From NCBI GenBank assembly GCA_002269645.1, contig NIVC01003947.1:4300-68299 (forward strand): a stretch of DNA of 64,000 nt, in the 5' to 3' direction. The DNA comes from Macrostomum lignano. Its lineage: Eukaryota. The notes under the pieces were generated by a model. It saw only the letters and a list, made by a program, of their open reading frames with translations. It was not told the DNA's origin and ran no database searches. A program made the position numbers and the translations under genes. This document shows positions 37,001 to 46,860 of this stretch, piece after piece; position 1 is the first letter of the stretch; each line of letters starts with the position of its first letter.

Positions 37001-39203
37001 TTTTAGTTGAAAAATTTGCTGGTAGAAGCTGGGATTTGTAAAATGATCCAATGATTTCTTCTCCATTCTCATCCTCAATAATGTAGGTTATGGGATTGGA
37101 GTAAACTATTTTCTTTATCCTAAACACTTCTGAAATTTTCCAATATCCTCTTCGACCCTTTTCAAAGTGCTCCTTATATCTATAGATATGAACTTTGTCA
37201 CCTACTTTGAAGTTTGGTTTCTCATTTGAATACTCGAAAGTTGGCTTTGGTACTCGCTCAGGATGTTTAGATGCTTCTGAAGGAGTTATCAGAATCTCAG
37301 AATGGATTGTGTTGTTGTATTTTTCAACAATAGCTGGCAATGTGTGGAGCCACTTCTGATTACCCTGTAGATCAAATTCAAACCAGAGTTTATTTGTGAG
37401 AGTACGATTGAACCTCTCAATCATTGCATTCTTGGACTCGCCATAAATTGAAAACATCTTGTTAATATATTCACCCCTTTCATCCTTCTTTCTAATGTTG
37501 TCTTTTGAAAACGAGTATAGCTTGTACATATGCTGATTATAAAACTCCTTGCCTTCATCTACACAAAGTCTCTCTGATCGTCTTCCTGATTCCTTAAATA
37601 CTTTTTGGAAAGCTTCTGCAACTTCCGCTCCCGTCTTTGTTTTCAAAGGAACTGCCCAGGCGTAACGTGTAAAACCATCTATGATAGTTAGAGCATATTT
37701 GTAACCTCTTTCGGGCGGTAGGATAATGATATCTGCATGCCAAATTGTGTCTTTTGCATAGTGAATCATTTTTCTAAATACTCTTGGCTTTCGATATTCT
37801 TTATGCAATTTTACTGCATCTTCATAGCTAAGACCCTTACCATAAATTGTTAGACAGTCTATACAATTGTTGGGGTTGTGAGTATGAATGCCTAATCCAA
37901 ACCGAACTTTAGCCTTGATAATACGCTTTACTAGATTTCGAATGAGTCTCTCTTTCACAGACAAGTCACTGGTTGGAATAGCATCTAAATCAGCTATCAT
38001 TTTTTCATCAGCTATATGCTTCTTTGCTAGAGCTTCCTCTGGATTTGAAGAAGTGTTTTCAGCATCTCTATAGTTTTTGTCATGATAGTAAGCAGTCCAA
38101 TCGATTGGGTTAATTGGTAGACTGTCATACCGAGGCCGGTCTGTAATTGGATTGAGTCTCTTGTCTAAATTTGTACCGGGCAGTTGATCCTCAGTCTTTC
38201 GAAAGAGGCTGGACTTTATCTTAAGGCATCATCAGGATTGACCAGATCCTTCAGCCCCACCTCCATAAAGTCTCTGAACCTTCTCCATATCCTTGTCAAC
38301 TTTAATGGACGTACCATAGGTACTCGATCAAAGATCGGACTTAGGAGCTTGGCTGCGGATTTCCACCATGTCCTCAAGCTTGTTACCGTTGGGAACAGGA
38401 ATTACCTGTGTTCCTTCAGAAGATTTCTCAGCTGAAGTGGTACTTGAGGCTATTGAAGGAGTTCCCGCAATTTGAAGGTGTCGCCATTCACTAAGCACTT
38501 GTTTAACCTTGGTTATAATGTTTGTGTATTTATCCCGATAAAGAAATTTCAATGCAAAATCGCCTGTTACAAGGGTGATTCCATTGTCTAGTAAAATATT
38601 CTTAGGTTCGTTTGCAGTTTTATTGATGCATACATAAAACAACTGGTAGGTGGGATTAGACTTTTTATAGTCTAATAGTTTCCGATAGTTACTTTCACGA
38701 CTTGAGGAATTGTCTGTTTTATCAGAAGATTTAAGCTCTAATGCAATCTTTCGCTCAACGTGAACCAGGTCAATCTTTTTTACCTTTTCGAATCCAAAAT
38801 ATTTTTCTGCTAAAACTTCATATAGTCTACCTAGTCTCATTTGAATAACTTTAATCTTGTGTGAAATTATTAGCTCTTCTTGAAATAAATCGCAAAGAAT
38901 TTGGTCATACCCCACCTTGTCGTCAATTGGTTTCAAGAGAATTTCTCGAATTTTTTGCTCCATTTTTACTTTAAAAAATTTAACAAGTGCTTATCGATCG
39001 CCCTGAAGGGACGCGAGCTCTGCTCGATGACTAGCAAGGACATTGACTTTCCTCACTCAGGCCACAAGGTAACCTGCAAAAGAATACCCTGGAATATGAA
39101 ATTCTCCAGGATATTTTCCAGTAGAGAAGATGGGTGGCAGTTTTGTCATAGCTGACTGAATGTCTAATGCAGAACCAAGAAATAGTGGTATATTGAAGGC
39201 CAT
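36954..39203 (-). CDS. PLA2-like domain fused to a retroviral-type (RVE) integrase; join(39072-39203, 36954-38180), 452 aa after group I splicing
   Basis: Exon 1 (44 codons, TAAAATG start) ends ...EFHIPGYSFAG; exon 2 begins PGTNLDKRL..PINPIDWTAYYHD..Y and is in frame with the integrase (WHAD, CVDEGKEF, IERFNRTL). Confidence 0.88.
38181..39071 (-). ncRNA. Group I self-splicing intron, IC1-like (891 nt)
   Basis: P AAAUUGCGGGAA (38462-38473), Q AAUCCGCAGC (38352-38361), R GUUCAGAGACUUUA (38266-38279), S AAGAUAAAGUCC (38211-38222); exon ends in U paired to G in P1; intron ends in G; removal restores GPGT. Confidence 0.93.
38328..38963 (-). CDS. Intron-encoded PD-(D/E)xK restriction-endonuclease-like protein (candidate homing endonuclease)
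   Basis: Intact 211-aa ORF with Q..LG.LYE...IDL...IALELKS..TDNSSS...Y.KL; TAAAAATG start; looped out by a 12-bp helix. Confidence 0.75.
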   Translation of the reverse strand: MEQKIREILLKPIDDKVGYDQILCDLFQEELIISHKIKVIQMRLGRLYEVLAEKYFGFEKVKKIDLVHVERKIALELKSSDKTDNSSSRESNYRKLLDYKKSNPTYQLFYVCINKTANEPKNILLDNGITLVTGDFALKFLYRDKYTNIITKVKQVLSEWRHLQIAGTPSIASSTTSAEKSSEGTQVIPVPNGNKLEDMVEIRSQAPKSDL

Positions 39204-39470
39204 TTTATAGAGATTTTTTTATTTCTTTATTTTCACTTGTAAAGTGTTTGTATACATTCCATTGAGTACTTAATAGACTGAATTTTAAGACAAGTTGAGA
39301 CAATAATCCAAAGCGACATGTTACACAAAACAGATCGCTGATAAAAGATCTTGGTATATTTTAAAAGAAACTTATAAGACGATGCATAACAATCCTTAGT
39401 CACAGTCACAATGACAATCCTTAGTCACAGTCCTTACAGTCCTCCTTAGTCACAGTCACAGTGATAGTCC

Positions 39471-39887
39471 TTAGTCACTCATGTCTTGGTCTTGAGCAGC
39501 TTGGTCTTGAGCAGCTTGGTTTTGAGCAGCTTGGTCTTGAGCAGCTTGGTCTTGAGCAGCTTGGTTTTGAGCAGCTTGTTGTTGAGCATCCTCGTATGTC
39601 GGAGGTGCCTCTGGAACGTCTACATCTAGCGAGCGCTCGATTTCTAGTTGGCGTTGATTTTCTAAGATAGAACGATCCTTCGCAATGGTTTTTTTAACTA
39701 GCCTAAGCATCGCAATGTCGTTCTCAATTTTGTCGAAGTATACGCGATAATGCTCAAGGAATTGATTCTCATTTGTAGACGTGACGAAGCTAGTATTGGG
39801 GTATTGTGTGTGAATCAAACCTCTCAAATTGTTTCTCTCTTGTGTGTTCACAAGTATTCTAGCACGCCTAGTTGGATTTCCGGGCAT
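39471..39887 (-). CDS. Polinton hypothetical protein with AAQ(N/D)Q repeats
   Basis: 138-aa ORF with a non-repetitive N-terminal part and 15-bp tandem repeats at the C-terminus. Confidence 0.5.
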   Translation of the reverse strand: MPGNPTRRARILVNTQERNNLRGLIHTQYPNTSFVTSTNENQFLEHYRVYFDKIENDIAMLRLVKKTIAKDRSILENQRQLEIERSLDVDVPEAPPTYEDAQQQAAQNQAAQDQAAQDQAAQNQAAQDQAAQDQDMSD

Positions 39888-40253
39888 TCTGTTCGTTCGG
39901 AATGAAAACTGATAATTTAAGCAGAGGACACTTGTTGCGGATACTCTATTTTGGGTATGCCCTTAAATGCTGTCTAAAATGTCTTATGCCAGCCGCTAAT
40001 TGGTTGCCACTGCCCTGCCACTGCCCTGCCACTGCCCTGCCACTGCCTTGCCACTGCCCTGTGGCAGTGACAGATTTTTTCTCTCTAGAGTGAGTGAGTA
40101 GCAGTGTGTTATACGGGGCTGAGTCATCCAGCGGCAGCGAGCTGGCGCGCAATGCGCCCGAGCAATAAGTGTGGCATTGAAGTGGGTTGCAAATGCATGC
40201 TGTAGCAGCTTGGAGGGGAGTTGATGAATGGCTGTTCGCAGCTAATCTAAACC

Positions 40254-41112
40254 TTTAATTCTTTGCATGATGCTGGAGGGTTTTTGAGTGAGTCAGAGAG
40301 AATAGAAGACAGAGGTGATGAAGATATGGAAGAAGCCATGATTCTTAGTCATCGTGATAACAATGCTGTCTACAATTCGAATACATTCAGTCCCACAGGG
40401 TGAAGGAGAATTTTTTTGCAATTCAGAAGTAATTCTATTGTGCAAAATCTGCATCAGAATTTATTCATGTTTCAGCAAGCCAATAGAAATGTTGAGTGCT
40501 GCTTTTCATTGTTGCAGAGTTGACAAGTGGTAGTTTTGTTATAGCTGACTGAATATCTAAAGCATTTCCTAGAAATATTGGTTTACTGAAGGCCATTTTA
40601 TATATATATAATTTACTATCGTTGAATTGGATGACACTTTCATATTGTATATACCTGAAATTGCATTAAATTGACCCGAGGATCCAACTTTTCTCATGGT
40701 TTTAGAGCTGGAATCGTGAAAATTGCACTTTTTCAAAATTTTTGAAAATCACAAAAAATCGCTGTTTTCAGACCATTTTCACCTGTTTTTAGTCATTTTT
40801 CACTTATTTTTAGTGATTTTCAAAATGAGTGAGGGCATGAGGGCGAGGGCACCCCCCCTTTTTAAAAGTATAAAAATTCCGGAAATTCTGTGTTCTGTGA
40901 AATATTCCACAGGCCAATGCCCCCACATGCCCTCACCCTCAACACCCTCAGTCACAGATATATGTATTTTTATATTTATCACACACCCCACTTGAATCCA
41001 TGACCTCCTGGTAGTAGTAGTATGTTATAAGGGGCTGAGTCATCCAGCGAGCTGGCGCGCAATGCGCCCGAGCAATTAAGTGTGGCGCAGCCCCTTATAA
41101 CATACTACTACT
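40254..41112 (-). repeat. Right TIR (~859 bp)
   Basis: Reverse complement of 22855-23730; ends ...CATACTACTACT. Confidence 0.95.
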
Positions 41113-43834
41113 GACGGCAGCCTGAGAATTGTACAAGATTTTAGGAATCTGAACCAGAAATGTGAGTACTTTCTGTACCCGATTCCAAACACCCAAGAAG
41201 CATTTGCCAGCCTCAAAGGAAGCCAGCTATTCAGCACATTTGATTTGAACAGTGGCTATTATCAGATTCTGCTGCATCCAGAAGATCAAGAACTGACTGC
41301 CTTCGCCACGCTGCACCGCAGACAGTTTGCCTACAATTTTATGCCTATGGGATTAAGCTCAGCACTAGCCAGCTTCATGCGATTGATGAACGCTATGCTA
41401 AACGGGATTGCCGTTGCCGCAGTTCAGTGAGGATCCTGAAGTAATTTTTGTCCTGGAAATAGATGCTTCTGCGACCCAAATTGGAGCCTGCCTGAGCCAA
41501 TGCCAAGCTGACAATATCGAACAGCCTATTGGCTATTTTTCCCGGCAACTCAAACCAGCTGAAGCCCGATATATGATAACTAAATAGGAACTCTTGGCAG
41601 TTGTAGACAGTATGCAACATTTCTGCTTCTACCTGCTGGCCAAGTTCATCTGCCATACTGATCATGCCGCGTTGACCTAGATTCTTTGACAAACTCAGCA
41701 AGTAGGCATCTTTGAACAATGGCTACAGAGACTCAGCGAATTCGAGTTTGAAATCCAGCATTGCAAATCAAGTCAGCACCAAAACGCCGACAGTCTCTCA
41801 AGGCGGCCTGAGGATGATGCTGAATGCATAGAGGAGGCTCAGCGAGAGGCAGCTGATGAGGACCAAAGTAAGCAGCTAGCCGCAATAACTGGCACAGCGG
41901 CGCCAAAGGTCCTTGATAGCAACCACCCTAGCCCTCCACCGAGCAAGAAGCCATGGACCCACCAGAAGCAACGGAGACCGCCAATGAATCTGAAGGAGTC
42001 CAACGGCGAGGCTACGCGGCCAGCAACACTGTCAGCCGACAGTAAGCCACTGACAGTGCTACATCCACCGGCAACAAATCCGAGGCTATCAGCCAGCCAT
42101 TACGATGACTTGCAAAGGTCGCCTACCAGCTTCAGTAGCACAACATGTTGCCTATCTAGGAGCTGCCAACTATTAGCTAGAGACAACATAGACAGCGACC
42201 ACAGTGCAGCTAGAGATGACTACTGCCAACCCACTTGCTGCCCGGAGTTCAGGAAGAAGGTAAGATTCAACAGTGACGCAAACAGCTCTGCTGACTCATT
42301 ATCAACTGCTGACCAATCAGAATCTGACAATAGAGATGCCAAAGCCACCAACAAGGATCGACCTTCGGGCACATCAATAGCATGGCAACTGGTTCAAGTA
42401 GCAATCATGCGTAAGAAGCTCCCAACCCCGAACCATGCTGCCATGGCCAAAGCCGCGTCAACAAATTCTACTAATTGGCACTGAACACAAAACCTGACAG
42501 ATCACATCCCGAGGCCAGTCACTCGTGAGGAGCTCCAGACCCATCAGCGTACTGACTCTGCCATCACCATGATGATCAACCTAATCAAGAGTCGACAACT
42601 GTAGCCACCGCTAAATCAGCAATTGAACATGACAAGAGATGAGCAAAATCTCTTAGCATTTTATGAACAATTGGAAGTCCGAGACGATGGACTATTAGTC
42701 ATCCATCTCAACGATGTCAGCAAGGAGGAAAGAGCGAGGATTGTCCTGCCTAAGAGTCTCGACACCACCATGTTTGCTGACCTACATGATTCACCCTACT
42801 GCGGACACATGGGCCGAGACCTCACCATCGCTAAAGTGTGAAAGGTTTTGGCGACCTGCCCTAGCCAAGGCCATGTCCGACTATGTTGTTTCCTGCTAGA
42901 CCTGCACTTAGAGCAAAGGGCAACGACGAATCCTGGCATATGTACAATTGTTTCCAGTCTGTAAGATCTATGGGCGATGCGCAATCGACATTCTAGGCCC
43001 CACTGGAGACCCAACAGACCGAGGCAACAAGTACATCCTAACCTATATCGACACCACATTGAAATACCCCTTTGCCTTTGCCATGAAGAATCAGTAGGCC
43101 AAGAGGATCATAACTCTCCTGCAGGAACAAATGTTTCTAATCATTGGAATCCCAGCATGGATCCACTCTGATCAAGGGAAACAGTTCACAAGGCATGAGT
43201 TCCAACATTTCTGCGAAGTATATGGCATTCAACAGAGTACAATGCTGCCATATTCGCCCTGGGCTAATGGACAAGCCGAGTCATGCAACAAGAATATCAA
43301 GAAAGTGCTCACTTGTCTCCTAGAGGACCATCATCAATGGGACAAGATGCTGCCAGCTGCTTTGACCGCGCTGCGATCAGCAGTCAATTGTATCACCGGG
43401 TTCTTGTCGCATTATGTTGTCTACAGAGTGCCCTATTGATACCCCATTGACAACACCTTACACTGCCTGGACATAGCAGCCAATCCAATCTCCCCGAGTA
43501 CATTGCCAAGCATCAGCACAGACTGGCCAAAACTGAGCGCATTATACGACAATGCCTGCAAGCTGAGATCCAATGCCAAGAGGAGTATTACGAGAATCAA
43601 CCGAAGCCCGTGGAATTGCAACCTGGCGACCTTGTCTGCCTGGCCAACCTGAAGCTCAAATTGGGAGAGCTGCCCAAATTCCACCGGCTATACAAGAGTA
43701 TGTATAAGGTTGTCAAGGAGGTTAGAGAAGTGGCGTATTGGATTAGGCCTGCAATAGCCTGGCAAGGATGCCCAGCCGAGATGTTGGTACATCGCAACAA
43801 TATCATCAAGGAGCCGCAGATGGTGGCAGACTGA
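41113..43834 (+). mobile_element. Decayed Ty3/Gypsy pol (partial RT, RNase H, Zn finger, integrase, GPY/F-like module)
   Basis: DGSLRIVQDFRNLN, FSTFDLNSGYYQI, MPMGL; DAS..IGACL, ELLAVV, TDHAAL; HDSPYCGH; IHSDQGKQF, PWANGQAESCN; many stops and frameshifts. Confidence 0.92.
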
Positions 43835-44395
43835 CCGCAGGAGCCGCTGCACCAAACAGAGCGGCCCATGCTGCCCTATGAGTCAAGTGAAGATAGCGAA
43901 GTTGATCTAGCCAAACAGCCTGCTCCGGAACAGCAACCCACAGCCCAGCCTGACCTGTGAGGCAGCCAGCTATTCAAACCAAGCTTGCGCCATCCGGAGT
44001 GTCTAGCTATTTTGTCCTGCTCAGGTCAAAAGACCCCTAGCTTGAGATCTTGTCCTTAGCTGAGGGCACCTAAGGTGAATCTCCCCTTTGCTGTTTATTC
44101 TTTGTTCCACTCATGCTGAGCCTGGGAAATTTTGTTAGGGCCTTTATTTTTGGCTTGGTTTCCCAGTGCTTTCTATTCTACCCCATTTGTTAAAACTCCT
44201 TATGGAGATCTCTGTATGATAACTTGGTCACCACGTTAGCCTCTACTTTGCGATTTAACCAAGGAGGAGACACTTCTGCTATTCTTAATATCTAAATTCT
44301 ATGCGAGGCTCTGCCTTCTTACTGCAATACCTGTTTAATGTGAGCCTTACGGGCCTTCCTTTTTCAAATTCTGATTGCGCCCCCCTGCCTGGCAG

Positions 44396-45770
44396 GGGAG
44401 TACGAGATTTGCTAGCAGGAAATCTGCTAGCCAAAGTTTGCTAGCGAGAAATTTGATTGCCGAAATCTGCTAGCCAAAGTTTGCTAGCCGAAATCTGCTA
44501 GCCAAAATCTGCTAGCCAAAATTTGCTAGCTGAAGCTTGCTAGCAGGAATTTTGCTAGCAAGGATTTTGCTAGCCGAGATTTGCTAGCAGGAATTTTGCT
44601 GGCCGAAAGTTGCTAGCAGGAATTTTGCTAGCGAGGATTTAGGTAGCCAAAATCTGCTAGCAGGAATTCAACCAAAACCGGCAAGTAGCAATTTGGCTAG
44701 CCGAACTTAGGAAGTTGTAATTAGCTAGAGACAATTTGCTTGTCCAGAATTTCACTAAATCCTCTATAGCGTTGCTCCACTTTTACCTTTACCAATCCTC
44801 TTCAAATTGGACACAATCCAATTTTCAACTATTTTGACAATCGTGTATAAATTTTCCAGTCTCGAAGTTAATCCTAATGGCACTGTGTACTTTTAAAGTT
44901 AGTCTGCTTTTCGTCAGCGAGACAGCCACCCCAACCTCCGCCTCTCTCTCCTTCCTGACCACTGGACAGATGTGTGAAGGGGGTTAAAAATTAACTAACT
45001 TTCAGCTGCCATAAATTTGCTCCACGTACAGCGATTGACTTGATAAACTTGATACAATTCTTCATTGACTCATTCTCTGTCTAAATATAAAGTCTCAACT
45101 TTGTACCTCAGTTGGAACAGAAACTGTAGGCATGTGAAGTTTGTCTGCTTTTTCTGTTGTTTGAGCCCTATCACCAACGATCAGGTGATAGGGCTCAATG
45201 TACATAGCAAATGTACAGTGTTCTGGAATAACTTTTTATAGCCTTCTCTGCTAACATTTAGCTCTGACAGTTCAGTAAGGAATTCAACTACTGTCCTAAC
45301 TACGAGCTATCTGATTGCGACTTGAGAGTATTCTGTCCCCCACAATGACAAACTGACTTTCCAAGCACTTGAACTGATGCTGATGCTTTTAGTTATAAAA
45401 TATTTGGGATTTTTACCCACTTTTCTGGATTTTTTTAGGTAAAACAAAACATTGCTATTGCCAAAAAACAAGCAATCTTTTGACGCCGGTTGCAAGAAGT
45501 TTGGTCAGCAAATTCCTGCAAGCAGATTTCGGCTACCTAAATCCTTGCTAGCAAAATTCCTGCTAGCAACTTTTGGCCAGCAAAATTCCTGCTAGCGAAT
45601 CTCGGCTAGCAAAATCCTTGCTAGCAAAATTCCTGCTAGCAAGCTTCGGCTAGCAAATTTTGGCTAGCAGATTTCGGCTAGCAAACTTCGGCTAGCAGAT
45701 TTTGGCAAGCAAATTTCTCGCTAGCAAACTTCGGCTAGCAGATTTCCTGCTAGAAAAATTTCATAGACCC
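44396..45770. mobile_element. Non-autonomous foldback/MULE-type element, 1375 bp
   Basis: ~270-bp TIRs built of GCTAGC-containing subrepeats; GGG...CCC termini; exact 9-bp TSD GCCTGGCAG (44387-44395, 45771-45779). Confidence 0.85.
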
Positions 45771-46030
45771 GCCTGGCAGTTATCTGTTTTATTGCTCCTT
45801 GTTTAACTCACCTACCCCACCTCCGAATGCCACCTTAGAGTGCAGGGGTGAGGGCCCCCCTTCTTTTCCAGCGGCTGGTCCCCCATGTCCATCGGCTGGC
45901 CCTCTGTAAGACTATTTAAGTCAACTTTTCTCTTTTCTTAGTTGTTCACTGCCCCAATTTGTAATTGTGAAATCATTGAATTTTCTTGTTTATACTAATT
46001 CTCCACGGCACACATAACTTTTGGCCTGCA

Positions 46031-46860
46031 ATGTCTAACAATCCAATGTTTGGAGGCGCCATGCCGCCTATCAACCACTATGCTTGGGGAGCTCCTGAGA
46101 TTGCCAAATCACTGCTAAGTAGCGAACTGCGGGAAGCCTTGGATTAAGCCAATGGCCAAGTCAACAACAATGTTGAGCCGTTTCTCCAGTGGCCTCACAA
46201 TGCTCTCAAATAGGGCAGAGAGAGGCAAGCCCCAGTCCAACTAATCTAGGCAAACTACAACGAGCCGTCTGCAGTGCCTACGCCAGCTAACAGTCTGGGC
46301 GCATGGTTTTATAGACTTTTGGACCATGTCAACGCGATGCCACTGGCCCCCAAGCCAGAACCTATCCAGGTCCTGGAGCCCAATAGGCAAGTTACGCTGC
46401 CCCTCCTGTTGTCCAACTGGATGCCGGACTTGAGCCAGCCATCTCCGGCGGGAGCAAAGGCAGCCGGACAAGAACAAGACTGCGCTCAACTTTTGTGTGA
46501 ATTGCTCCTGTGAGAGCTTGCGACCAACACTGGAGCCAGCTACCTGAGGGATTGCCAGCATTGGTCTGGTTTCGCCCAGCTCTATGGGCCACGTCCAGCC
46601 ACCCACGCCATTGGGATGACGGCCGAGATGCTAAGCAAGCGCTTGCAGACCCAGCCAACCAGCATGCGGTTTGGCCCCGTCGCTGCTATGATCGCACTAG
46701 GCGTCGACCACGCCTCCACACTCGGCCGAGGTTTGCCCAAATCATTTCTGCAACTATGCCATCAGGGATGTCTGGCAAGCTCCAACTGCACTCACAGTGC
46801 TTGCCAAGCTAACTGAGGAGGCCACTCGCCCACCCACTATGGCCGACACTGCCGCGCATG
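46031..46860 (+). pseudogene. Degenerate gag-like ORF, possibly DIRS/Ngaro-type
   Basis: One GC-rich frame with several stops, ending in a CHQGC..SNCTH..C...GGH cysteine/histidine cluster. Confidence 0.3.

Larger units (their letters stand above)
22855..41112. mobile_element. Polinton/Maverick (adintovirus-like endogenous virus), 18.3 kb
   Basis: 5'-AGTAGTAGT...ACTACTACT-3' termini, long TIRs and the full core gene set (pPolB, RVE integrase, A32 ATPase, adenain protease, major and minor capsid proteins). Confidence 0.97.

Noticed and set aside
38184-38480. Possible rRNA gene fragment, since IC1 introns usually sit in rDNA
   Set aside because: The flanks are protein-coding exons and no SSU or LSU rRNA sequence is recognisable.
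38181-39071. Spliceosomal explanation for the PLA2 interruption (AG|GTTACC resembles a donor)
   Set aside because: No AG acceptor restores the GPGT frame; the 3' boundary is ...AACTG|CCC, and the full group I core explains the insert.
41984-42484. 166-aa ORF as an independent gene
   Set aside because: Low-complexity linker between RNase H and integrase of the decayed Gypsy pol.
43900-46030. LTR of the Gypsy element
   Set aside because: No second copy in the window and no clear TG...CA, PPT or PBS boundaries.
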